Notes under the pieces: model-generated
What the model was told of the DNA's origin: nothing
The model's input: the letters and a program-made list of their open reading frames with translations, nothing else
The model's database searches: none
Assembly (NCBI GenBank): GCA_051294375.1
Contig: CM119270.1
Span: 14,602,051 to 14,666,050, forward strand
Length of the DNA: 64,000 bases
Reading direction: 5' to 3'
DNA from: Paraspadella gotoi
Taxonomy: Eukaryota; Animalia; Chaetognatha
Shown here: positions 50,371 through 62,459 of the stretch, one piece after another
Layout: the number at the start of each line of letters is the position of its first letter
Numbering within the stretch: position 1 is the first letter of the stretch
Program-made: the position numbers and the translations under genes

Positions 50371-51982
50371 CTAAATTTAAAAAAAAAATTCTGGTCCATC
50401 GATATTGTATGTATTTGTAAAAATTTGTTTTTGGATACGTAAAGTCAGGAAACTCAGGATATTGCATACTCATTGCTTTAAAAGATAAAATTTTATTATT
50501 CAAGTTTTTTTTTAAAATTGAAATTAAGATGCAGAATGAAAAGTTTTTTTTTTTTTAAATTTGAATAAAGCTGAAACTAAGTGTACATTTTTGTTTTTTT
50601 TTTTTTGTTTTGTTTGTTTTTTTTATTTTGTTTTTTTGTCGATTAATCAAATGAATTCCATCTCTTACCGAAAAGAATAGAAAATAATCGCCTTTTTTTT
50701 TTCTGTTGATGAAATTGAAATTTCCACGAGGTCGTTGCGGTCCCGATGAAGACGAGAGGGGAAATGACAGGAGGGAGGGTCGAACCTGGGAGACCGACGA
50801 CGACGACGACGACGACGACGACGCAATCGGACGTCGACCTGTTGCGACGCAATAAGAAATATCCCCCCGGGACGACGCCATCGCCGACCATTCAGGAAGT
50901 TGTACGTTGGAAATCATCTCGCTGGATTCAGCCAATCAGCGAAGACGACGCACCTGGGAGAAGGGGCGAACGTCAATCGAAAAGGAATCCAATGACGTTT
51001 TTTTTTTCTTCTCCTGTCCGCGAACGATGGGTCGACGTCATCGACGGCATGGCGACGGCGGAAAGAGGACGAAGTCGATGAAGACAGAAGCGCACGCGAG
51101 GAAGAGGGAGGGAGGAACATCGATAGCGGGAAAGATCATTGGGACGAATTAGGATTGACCTCGACGATTGGGTGGCTTTTGTTTTGATGTTATTGTTGAT
51201 AGTTGTATGTCTGCGGGTAAGCAGCCCTGATTAAAAAAAAAAAACAACGAAAAACAGGATTTAGTTAAAGAAATGGGGGGAAAAGAGAATCTGTTACCAA
51301 CTGAACAATAGAAAATGAACCAACGAATAAACTGACGTCAACGAACGATATAAACAAATGAATTATCCCGAGAAACAACGGATTGTGGATATTCTATTAA
51401 ATCCAGTCATTCATCAATGATCAGTCCAAGGATTAACGATGACCCCGAGCTGTCGTCAATTGCTCCTTTAATTCTTTTCGAACAGTTTTGTGAAACAGAA
51501 GTTTGTTTTTTTTTCTAAGTGCTTCTGGCCTTTTGACCCTTTGACTTCTCGATCATTGGCCTCTGACCCTTTGCCTTCTCCAGTGCTCACCATCCCAAGG
51601 ACAAAGGGAATAACCTAATCGACTCCTATGACAGAAGGATTCACAACCGAGGTAATTGTGAAAGACCTCCCCACGAGTCCCTTTCTTCACTCGTTTCTTC
51701 GTTCACGAATGAGTTTAGTCGTTAGCGGCGTCGGTGAGGGAGAAAACATGAACCTCAATGCCATGATTGCTGTCTAGTGAATGAAAAAGACATTTCACAA
51801 AATTTTACTAACTTAATATTGACAAAAACGTTTAGGTATGGCATGGGAAGATTTTACGCGACATTGTCTTTACATGACATAATTCCCTTTCTTCCAAGTC
51901 CCGACTTCATCCCTAATTCGACGCGAAACAGAGGAAAGTTTAATAACCTTCGAAAAAAAGATCCGCAATGGAAGGACGAAGA

Positions 51983-52085
<103 letters not shown>

Positions 52086-52300
52086 GCGCCCAAGGGCGAT
52101 GAACGTTTGATGGGGAGGCGTGGGTGGGAGGTAGAAAAGGAAACACGTGTTGAATTCTAATTAACGAAAACGTGAGTCTTTGAAGGAAAACTCGTTCGTG
52201 TGACTGGTGGTGAAAAGAAGGAACAACTAGTAATTAAATTGGCAGTCTTGTTAAATTTTTTAAAGAGGGTATGTTTCTAAACGTATCACAAAATTTGAGA

Positions 52301-54119
52301 TATGTCATCTCCCAAATCCTCCGCCCGCGGGCGGCTCTAGGGGCGGCCCCAGGGGGCAGACTATTCCAGGGGGAGCAGCAAAATGGTCATTGAGGGGGCG
52401 CCCCTAATAGACCCAAAATGTTTGCCCCAGGGGAACCCCCCTGGGCGGCCCCCTGGGGCCAAAAAAAAAGTCTGCCCCTGGGGTAAACCCCTTGGGGAGG
52501 CAAAAAAGTGCTCCCCCAGGGGCGAGTTAAGGAGAGAGCAAAGTTTAGATAAGAAAATATACTTTCTGACAATGTTATTGTATCTGAGAATATCTCTCCT
52601 TGTCTGTTACTCTCTCTTTCTCTCTTTCTCTCACACTTTATCTCTCTCTCTCTCTCTTTCTCTTTCTCTCTCTCTCCTTTTTTTCTATCTTTTCCTTTTT
52701 CTCTCTTTCTTTTTCTTTCTCTCTCTCTATCTTTTCTCTCTCTCTATCTTTCAAGACTTGTTTTATGTAACTAAAAAAAATAAACATTTTTTTTCAAATT
52801 ATTGTTAATGTGAAATAATTTTTTTCATTTAAGATTTGTAATTAATAATTGTCAGTTTGTAGATTGCCTCAGATGAACTCACGTTGTTGAGGAAAGGCTG
52901 ATGGTTTGAGAGAGAAAGTGAGCAAAACTTTATATCTAGCTCAGTCACACACTTTTCTACCCACTAATAAGATTTTATTCCAATCCATATATCTAATCAT
53001 GAATAATTTGAGTTTAATGTTAATGTGGGACGGACTTAAAGACTGATATTAATAATTAATTATTAATTAATTAATTTTTTATAAGTGAATTAAAAAAATA
53101 AAACCATCCTACTATTATCTTACTATTTAAAATTTTATAGATAATTAAAATAAATTTTGTGTGTAGGTAGAAAAGTATGCATTTGAAAGTGAGTTTTAAT
53201 AGAAAAAACAAAAGTCACATTTACTTGAATTTTATTAAAAAATTTTCTCACTCTTTCTCTCTTTCTATTTTTACAGATGAAATTAATAATTAGCTAATTG
53301 TTAAGTTGATTGTTGACCAATTACGCAAGTTGACCAAATTATGCAAGTTGACCAAATTATGACAGTTGACCAAATTATGAAAGTTTACCAAATATAAAAG
53401 TTTACCAAATTCTAAAAGTTGACCAAATTATATCAGTTGACCAAATTATGTCAGTTGACCAAATTAAGAAAGTTGACCCAAATTATGAAGGTCAACCAAA
53501 TTATGCAAGTTGACTAAATTATAACAAAATTACTAAATTATGCAGTTGACCAAATTGTTAAAAATTGACCAAATTATGAAAGTTGACCAAATTATAAAAG
53601 TTTACCAAATTATGAAAGTTTACCAAATTCTAAAAGTTGACCAAATTATATCAGTTGTCCAAATTATGTCAGTTGACCAAATTATGTCATTTGACTAAAT
53701 GCAAGTTCACCAAATTATGCATATTGGTATTGGCGCAGCTATTGGTTCATTGATTGATTAATTGAAAGTGAAAGATATTATTTTATTTTATAATTTATTT
53801 TAATAAAAGATGAAAAAGAAAAGAGATAGAGAAAGAGAGAAAGAGAGTGAGAGAGAGAGAGAGAGAAATAGGAGGGAGAAGAGGCCGTTCCAGGGGGCAG
53901 GCAAATTCATCCCCCTGGGGTAAGCCCCCAGGGGAAAGGTTTTCTAGCCCCTGGGGGATTCCCCCTGGAGTGGCCCCTTGGGGCCCAAAAAAAAGAGGCT
54001 ACAGGGGGCGCCCCCAGACAGTAAGGATTTGCTTGCCCCCCGGGGCCGCCCCGCGGGGCCACCCCGAGGGGCCGCCCCTAGCAGCGCCCCCGGGGGAGGC
54101 GATTCTGAAGGATGACATA
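52301..54119. mobile_element. Non-autonomous foldback/MITE-like element with GC-rich imperfect terminal inverted repeats
   Basis: Ends TATGTCATC.. / ..GATGACATA. The ~230-bp arms (52301-52530 and 53885-54119) are built of CCCC(A/T)GGGG palindromes and are reverse-complementary (ctaggggcggcccc; gggggcgcccc). (CT)n and (AG)n tracts are mirrored inside the arms. No transposase ORF. Confidence 0.75.
53312..53720 (+). repeat. Minisatellite of ~19-20-bp unit AGTTGACCAAATTATG(A/C)A, about 20 copies
   Basis: Directly visible tandem array inside the foldback element. Confidence 0.95.
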
Positions 54120-54626
54120 CTTGCAAAATTATTCTGGTAACTTTGCTGAAATAATAAGAGTTTCCAAACGATAGCTACAAGCTCTTATTTTTTTAGAAAA
54201 AAATAAATTTAAAAAAAACAAAAATACTTTTTCAGAAAATTATGAACATCTTCCAATTTCATATTTCCGAGAAATTTTGGTAAGGTCAGCTTATAAAAAA
54301 ATTCAAAGAAGCTGGTTAAAGAAATTCTCAGTTCAATTCCCTTCATTTTATCGGACAGAGGAACCTAATTTAAAATTATACGCCTAAAATAATATAAGAT
54401 TTTTAAAACCTAAATGTCTTTTGTCTTGTAAACAACTAAAGCGATATTAAATGTAGTTTAGAAAATAGTTTAGATAAGTTGAGGTCTATTAAAGATTGAC
54501 CCAGCGCTCGGCAATATTTCACAAAACAGTTTAAAAAATGAAAAATAGACAGTCAGACCGACAGACAGGGTTGTCATTGAAATCTGGGTCTGTACCTTAG
54601 AATTTGATTGGGAGACCAGTTCATTC

Positions 54627-54720
54627 GTTATCAGTGATAGATAAGAGTTTCTTTGTTTTCAAGAAAAATCCGCCAAAAATTTACCTCAACGATTCAAACT
54701 GAAACACGAGTATAAAAAAA
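54627..54720 (+). promoter_or_regulatory. Putative UGT proximal promoter (GATA cluster, TATA-like)
   Basis: TTATCA, TGATAG and AGATAA at 54628-54643, and TATAAAA at 54711. Motif match only. Confidence 0.3.
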
Positions 54721-54727
54721 GATTAGA

Positions 54728-55499
54728 ATGAAAATTAGCGTCGCTCTTTGCGGCGTGGCCTTACTAATTACAACATGGCGGACAGCGACAACGACGACAA
54801 CAACGACGACAAAGACAGAGACGACGACAACAACGACTGCGCCACCGTCATCATCATCGGGTCCATCAGAAAAGATGGACACATCCCCGTCACAAAAAAC
54901 GAAGTTGGCGTCAAAATCTGTGACTGGTCAATCGAAGGAATCCAACGCAAGACCGACACCAACCGCCACAACGACTACGCCTCTAGATCCGCCGATCGCG
55001 ACGCCACCAACCACCAAATCGACACCTCCCCACCCCTCGGCATCGCCACCCACCGCCTCTTCCCCTTCCGCCCGCGGGAGCTTTCTCTTCTACTTGTCCT
55101 CGGAGCTGCGGAGCGTGGATATCTCCATGGCGACGCTGGTGGAGGCGCTGGTGCGGCGCGGGCACCGCGTCGTTGCCGCCTCGCCCTTCGTCAACGAAAA
55201 GCTCGTCCAGTTTCCCAACTACGAACATCTGTACAACGAGCATACCTACAGGGAGTTCGTGGATAAGTGGGAGGAGATGGTCTTTAAGGAGAGGGAGGGA
55301 TTCCTGCCCGTGGAAGAGATGAAGGTTGTTTATTGGGCGGCGGGAGTTGATGATTCTTAGTCTTATTTTTTTGGTTGTTGTTGAAATATCTTGTCTTTTG
55401 GAATGCTGGGAGAAGAAGACGGATATCAGTGTGAGAAACGATTTTATAAAATGAAATAGAAATGAAAGAGTCTTGGATGTGATGAAATGGATTTATTAT

Positions 55500-55562
<63 letters not shown>

Positions 55563-56523
55563 AGAGAGACAGCCAGCAAATATGCCTAATATCACTTTCC
55601 AACAGGCCATGTGGAGGTTCAACGTAGCCAGCTTTTCCAAACCCTGCACGTTGGGAATGAAGGGCGAAAAGTTTAAACGACTCGTCCAGCAGCAACGCGA
55701 TTGCGAAGCCAACGCCGCCAACGCCGCTGATGCAGGGGAATGTCGGGTCTTCGATGTCGTCGTCCTTATGACGCCGCTAAACGTTTGCGGCTACAATCTG
55801 GCCACCGTCTTCAACGCATCATTGGTGGCATTCGTCCCTCAAGGACCTTACTTTTCTCTGGATACTCACATGGGAAACCCACCCAATCCCGCTTACTCGA
55901 GTGAGTGAAACGTCGAAATGAATAGACTTACCTTGTGGTATCGTTTTTGAAACGGGATTTAAGAGACGTTTGAAAAGGTATTTATAATTCAATAATTTCA
56001 TTGATTAAAAAGATTTTACTTTTCTTTTTATTTTATTTACTTTTGTTTTCCCCTATTAATAAAACATTCTACTACGGAATACGGTTATGCTATAAATGAT
56101 GTGAATCTTAGTTGACTATTGATTTTGATTTTGATTTTGACAGTGAATCCAAGTCCCTTCCGGGACCTCAGCTTCTCCCATCGTCTCAGCAACTTTCTTC
56201 TCTACACCAGCTCAGTGATAGCGTTCAACCGCTTATTCGGATTCGTTTTCGAAGAGGGCGCAAAGACCCTCGGCGTCGATCTCAAGGGGGAGACACTCGC
56301 GGATGCCGAGGCCAAGATGGCGCTGCAACTCGTCAACACTCATCCGAGGTATGTCACATTTTTCTCTTTCTTTCTCTTAAAAAAATGTTGTTTATTTGCA
56401 TATTGCAGTTTTTAGAAAAAGTATATTCTACCTAGCTAGAATAATGAAAATACTTATTTCTCTAGACTTTCAGTTAATTCAATCTAATATGGTTTAAAAT
56501 GGCTTGACGAGATTTAATCTCTC

Positions 56524-56592
<69 letters not shown>

Positions 56593-58294
56593 GCATCCAC
56601 GGCGCTCTTCCAAGCCTTCCAAACACGATTCTTGTGGGCGGGATCCACTGCGTCGAAGGTTCAAAGATCGAGTCTTCGGAGCTCAAACAGTTCGTCGACT
56701 CTGCATCTGAAGGTCATTTGGATCTCGGTCATATTGTCCAATGTCCATAAAACATAAAAATAGCATGAAATACCTAGTTAAGAAAAAATTGACAACATTT
56801 TAACTACAAACGTCAATTGAAAAACCAGGAAACATGAAAAGAAAAATAAGAATTTGGAAATTTGGAAAGAGAAAATACCATAAAAAACGAATACAAAAAT
56901 AACAATTACTATGACATTAATTAAACAGAAACAACTCTTCGAAAATGATATTAAGAGCAACAGCAACAATAACATCAACAACTACAGCAAAGACGTCAAC
57001 AAGAAGAACAACAAAAAACAAGAACAGCATCAGAAACATAAATAAAACTAAAGGAAAACAGAAAATAATTTCTTTCCTCACTTTAGGTTTCGTCCTGATG
57101 TCCTTCGGATCGACCTTAAAGGTAAGTTCACTGTCGCCGCCGAAGATCAAACGTGTCTTCAGCGTCTTCTCGTCGATGTCGCCGCTCAAGTTCGTCGTCA
57201 AGTGGGACGCCTCGTCGCCGCCTCCCGATCTTCCCTCAAACGTGCTGCTCGTGGGCTGGACCCCACAGCAGGCGCTGCTGGCGCATCCCAACGCTAAAGG
57301 TTTTTAGGGAAACGATGATGTGCCAGTAAGATCGAACTCTCTGTTTGTTTGGGTGCTTGTAATATTTCTGACTTGGTGCCTTTTTCCCAGTCTTCGTGAC
57401 CCACGGAGGACTCTTGAGCGTGATCGAGTCTATCTGTCACGGGGTCGTCATCGTCGGTGTCCCATTGGTGAACGATCAAACGACCAATGTGAATATCGTC
57501 GTGAAAGAAGGATTCGGCGTCAGACTCGACTTGTCACAACTCACAGGTAAGAGACTTAGAGTCTGTATCTAATACTGTCGTGACCCGGTGGCTGATTGAG
57601 TAAAGCCATTAGCTCATGACCACTCGATACCGAGTTCAGTCCCAACCCGCTAACCTGCCCTGTGGGAAGCGTGAGGACGGCCGTTAACCGCCTTGCGGTC
57701 GTGGAAAACCCTCAATCCTGGTTCCCAGCCCAAGCTCCGTAGCATGGCTGATCTAGGGGTTAAAGAAGTTGCGGATAGTCATCTTCAGCCCACTTAGCGC
57801 CTTTTCCACAATACCGGGTGTTCTTCTCTCGTTACCCAACCAAAATACAAGGATTAATCTTAAAACTAATGCAGAGAAGTTAGAAGAATCTTTGGTGGAA
57901 GCGCTAACGAATGACAGTTTGCGAAAAGTGATTAAGGATAAACAAAAAAGTCTCGCAGATCAAAAGGAGAAACCCATAGAAAGGTGAATTCTTACTGTAA
58001 ATTATAATTGTACTGTTTCTTAATATATATATATAAATTGTATATATTAAAAAATACAGGGCCGTTTGGTGGATGGAATATCTTCTTCGTCACCCACAGG
58101 CCGATCACCTCAAACCGAAATCGATTCAATTAAATTGGATCGAGTTTTTGCTTTTGGACGTAATTCTCTTTCTAGGAATAATATTTTCGATTTGCGGCAT
58201 TTTGTTGGTCTGTTGCTGCAGGTGCTGCTGTAAATGTTGCTGTAAAGTGTTATGGCGTTGCTGCGGAAGCAATAAGAAAAGAAAATATGAGTGA
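54728..58294 (+). CDS. UGT: UDP-glucuronosyl/glycosyltransferase (GT1 family), 8 exons
   Basis: Phase-consistent exons 54728-55324, 55606-55900, 56144-56348, 56594-56712, 57087-57299, 57391-57546, 57875-57983, 58060-58294 (TGA). Features: signal peptide, LVRRGHRV, GFVLMSFGS, signature [55 protein letters not shown], C-terminal TM and a KKRKYE ER-retrieval tail. Confidence 0.95.
57578..57800 (+). mobile_element. tRNA-derived SINE-like insert in UGT intron 6
   Basis: GC-rich block in an AT-rich intron, with an A-box-like TGGCTGATTGAG (~57589) and a B-box-like GAGTTCAGTCCC (~57632) at tRNA-like spacing. No full cloverleaf seen. Confidence 0.45.
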
Positions 58295-58764
58295 CTTATT
58301 AGGGTATATTTGGTATCCTATACCGGCATTAACAACATAAAAAAAATATTATGTATCAACGCGAAATCATAACAATTGATCATCACTTGTATGATATGTA
58401 AAGATAATTTACAAACGACCTCCACATTGATTTGCCTCAGCATATATGGAAACAAAATTTTATTCCATATCGTTCATAGAAAAAAAAATAAGTACAAAAA
58501 GTATCGATTCATTTTAATTGCCTAATAAATAAGTATAATCGCACCAAAGCCTAGATATTTCAAGAGCCGTTCCTCTTCTATGAGGTCGAATCCTTATGGT
58601 TTTGGAGGCAACGAACATGAAAAGGAAAAAAAAATCGCAACAAACCTTTTTCCCATTTTTTTGTTTTTTTCGTCTTCTCCCATTTTTCTGAAGGTCGTCT
58701 CCTTCTCTCTCATTCTGGAATGTTCTCTTCTTCCGATTTTTCTCCTGGACTTCTCCACTTCAAC

Positions 58765-58856
<92 letters not shown>

Positions 58857-60612
58857 TAATTGTCTTCGCCGCTCTCCATCTTTCTTTTTATTAATATTAT
58901 CTGCTTTTCATCATAGTGTGTCGTAGGTGTGCGTAAGCTTTTTGGCATAAGTTCTCCTTACCAGACTTAAAGTATCTTCAGCACCATACGCTTTCTTTCT
59001 TTCGCTTTCCTTTCTTTCTCGAAGGTGTTATCTTCTCATTTTAGATTTTCATCTTTTTATTTTTCTCTTTCCTTTCGCTCTTCCCATCTTTCCCCCCCCT
59101 CCTCTTACCCGAAGGTTGTCTTCTCGCTTTGCTTAAGAGTCGTCGACCCATTCCCCACCGCTGCAAGGAATTCGTAATATTCCCGCCAATGTCAAAAAAG
59201 AAAAGAATAGGATGAGAACAGATTGGTAAGTAACGAAAGAATCGGAAAGAAGAGAATAGAAAAGTCATCATTTGCCACTCCTTCTTTTTATTTTCTTTCG
59301 TCTTCACTAATAGTACTTCAAAGGGTTTAGAGAAAAGAATTAAATTTAAACGAAATAAATTTAAAATGATTTGGATCATTCAAATAAATTATTATCGAAC
59401 GTAGACTAACATGTTTACGATTATCAGAAAGATTATGTGGAAACCAAACTTGATAACGTTTCGTGAGGCTTGAAGGTCAAGTTGACTCTCTTTTCGTGGG
59501 GGGAAAATGAATTGCGTTTTTGACGAGTCCAATTTATCATGCCAAGCCTTCGTCTCCTTTTTACATTGCCAGCACAAAACGGACCTCTATTAGCATCATT
59601 GCTCCATTACTGTTTGTCAATATTCTGTGGATATTCTTATTTTTAAGTCAAGTAGGAACGAATATTTTTTACAAAAAGAAGAAAGCTTAAATGACCGAAA
59701 CATAGTAATAGATCCATATTTTTTTTTCAATGATGCTTTTTTGCCTCTGTAGCATTTGTTTTTTTTTTTTACAAAATTACTTCATAGATGGCTGCGCAAG
59801 TCAGTATTTTTTCTCATTGGTTAAATTTTAACAAAAGAACATAGGAGTATGATTTTTGTGATGTTCTCGTAAATCGTTCCCTTAAAATTTGAATAGTTCA
59901 TGTTCTTTTTTAAATCGAGCTACTTTGTAATAAATACAAAGTCCTTTCTAGTTCTACAGCATACCAAAGTGCATGAAAAGAAAATTGAAAAATAGTGTAA
60001 GACTTTTACCTAAATGTAAAAATCGAGGCGATTCGACTCGACCATCATTCGATACATAAAATTTCCGGAATTCATAATAATTCTAATCTTTATTTAAAAA
60101 ATTTCGTAACTATTATTGTAGTTAAAATGTACGAATGTACGACTTATTTGTTCTCCTCATCCATCAACTTGTGCGTGGAGTCCGTCCCATCCTGATCCCC
60201 AAAGGTCCACCACCCTCCCATTCCCCTTTCTGCCCCGTTTTTAAATTCCTTCCAAAATTTTCATAAAATCTCATTTTTTCTTTTCGCATTTTGAAAATCG
60301 TGCCTTCACAGTTTTTTAGGGTATTAGAAAAGTCAAGCCGGCGCGGCTCGGGAATCGAGCAAACTCTTTTCGGGGATCAAAAGTCTCAAAAAAAAAAAAA
60401 AAAACTTTGGCTTTACCCGGAAAAAACTAAACCGGCAAGGTTTCTAAATATAATGCTTTTTGGTACTATTTTTCGAACGCTCTCCATTTCCGTTACTAAT
60501 TTATTGCCAAATAGGCAAACTTTTATTTTCGTTAACCAGGGTTTTGTCGTTTTTTGAAAAACTATTTAAAAATATTTATTTAAAAAAAATATTAAAAAAT
60601 TATTACCTAATT

Positions 60613-60860
60613 TCCCAAACCCTAAACCCTTTTAACCCCAACCATCCTTAACCCTAAACAACCTTTAACCATAAACCTCCTTAACTGTAGTTAGCGAAAG
60701 TAAAATTAACCCGCCAAATATTTAACCAAAGCACAAAACCTTATCCTAAACCCTAACTCTAATCCTTAATCTTAAACCTTAATCCATATCTGCTAGCCGC
60801 AAACAGTAATCATTAATCAAATCTTTAACTAAATTCTTAACCATATCCTTAATATTAGTT
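60613..60860 (+). repeat. Degenerate (CCTAAC/CCTAAA/CCTTAA)n telomere-like or Helitron-associated tract
   Basis: ccctaaacccttttaaccccaaccatccttaaccctaaac..ccctaactctaatccttaatcttaaaccttaatcc. Confidence 0.5.
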
Positions 60861-61172
60861 TTAAACTTTGTCTTAAAAATTTATTTAATCCTGAATTAAG
60901 TTGAAATGAGGAGCATTCGGAAAATATGGCTTTTTTTTCTCCAGAATTATGATCTTATAACCTTATGAAATAAAAAGCCATTTTTTCCTAGCGTAGTAAA
61001 AATCTCATCATCTATTATACTGAAAAGGAAGCAAGCAACTAACTAATTGCTTGATTCACTTTCACCAAAGATTTCCTTAAAGTTAATGAAACAAATAAAA
61101 ACTTTTGTTGCTGAGGAGATTTAAGGATTTTTGCGCGGGTGGGATAAGGGGATGGGGAAGAAGAAAGAAAGA

Positions 61173-61218
<46 letters not shown>

Positions 61219-61684
61219 AGAGACGACGAGAGAGAGAGAGAGAGAGAGTCAGAGAGGAACTTAAAAATTTTATTGAATTTTTTCCTTCGATTTCTACATT
61301 GATTAAAAAATATTTAAGCGACAAATCAATGGTAATTAGAATTGGCGGGAAATTTTGAATCTGCGGTGATCGATTGTTTTGTTGATTTTTTTTCTTATTG
61401 ATTTTATCTCTAAGTCTAACAAATCCCGAGATATGGTACATAAATGGAGAACTTTATTGTATTTTTTATTCTACGTATAAAATGAAAATGAACGTTTGAG
61501 AGGAAATGAAGATGTTGACGAAACCCAAGTTTAATACCGAGAATGAGTAGATGAATACGACGAAGACGACGACGATGACAAAGACGACGACGATGACGAC
61601 GACAAGGGAAGTAATCCGACTCCCCGGTGACTGACTCCCTAAATCCTCCCAAAATCTCCCTTCATTTCATTTTGTAGACTCTTT

Positions 61685-61768
<84 letters not shown>

Positions 61769-62418
61769 TTTTTTATTACTTTCTAGTTACTTTTTTTTTC
61801 TTTGTTTTCATCTTTCTGTCCTCCATTCTCTCTTTTTTGTCTTCATTTCCTTATTTCCCTTTCTCATTTTTTTCTTTGTTTTTACTTTTATTCTTTTTTT
61901 CTTTTTACTCATCTCTTTGGAATTTTTGACGTTCGCTTCTGTTCCGGTTTCGTTTCTTCTAATTCTGAATTTGTAAAATTGTCAAAAGGCAAAAACTCCA
62001 GGCGAATTTTTCTAATACAATTTTAAATACCTGAAAATAGAGACGGCAAAAAAATACTTTACATTCACCGTCACCTCTTTTCACTTATCACTTATTTCCA
62101 AAGTTTAATTCAATATTTTTTTCGATTCGGTTTTAAACAGAATTCCTTCTGGTAATTCTCATACATGAATACATACATTCTCATAAATGAAGGAAAAGCA
62201 TAGTCGAATTTAATATTTAATGATTTAATAAAGGAATGGGGACTGGTCGCGAAATCCCGCCTCCCAATTTCCGACTTTTAAAGGCTTCACGCTGTTTTAA
62301 ATAGACGACGGCGCCGATTAAGGCGCGAAGACGACGACAACGACGACGACGACGATGACGAAGGAGGTAACGAGTCGAACGACAATAACGCTCTGGAAAA
62401 AGTCTTTGGAAGATCGAA

Positions 62419-62459
<41 letters not shown>

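Noticed and set aside
53312-53720. Possible CRISPR array
   Set aside because: Head-to-tail ~19-bp units with no spacers, so a minisatellite.
57580-57655. tRNA gene
   Set aside because: Only degenerate A/B boxes and no convincing cloverleaf, so it was kept as SINE-like.
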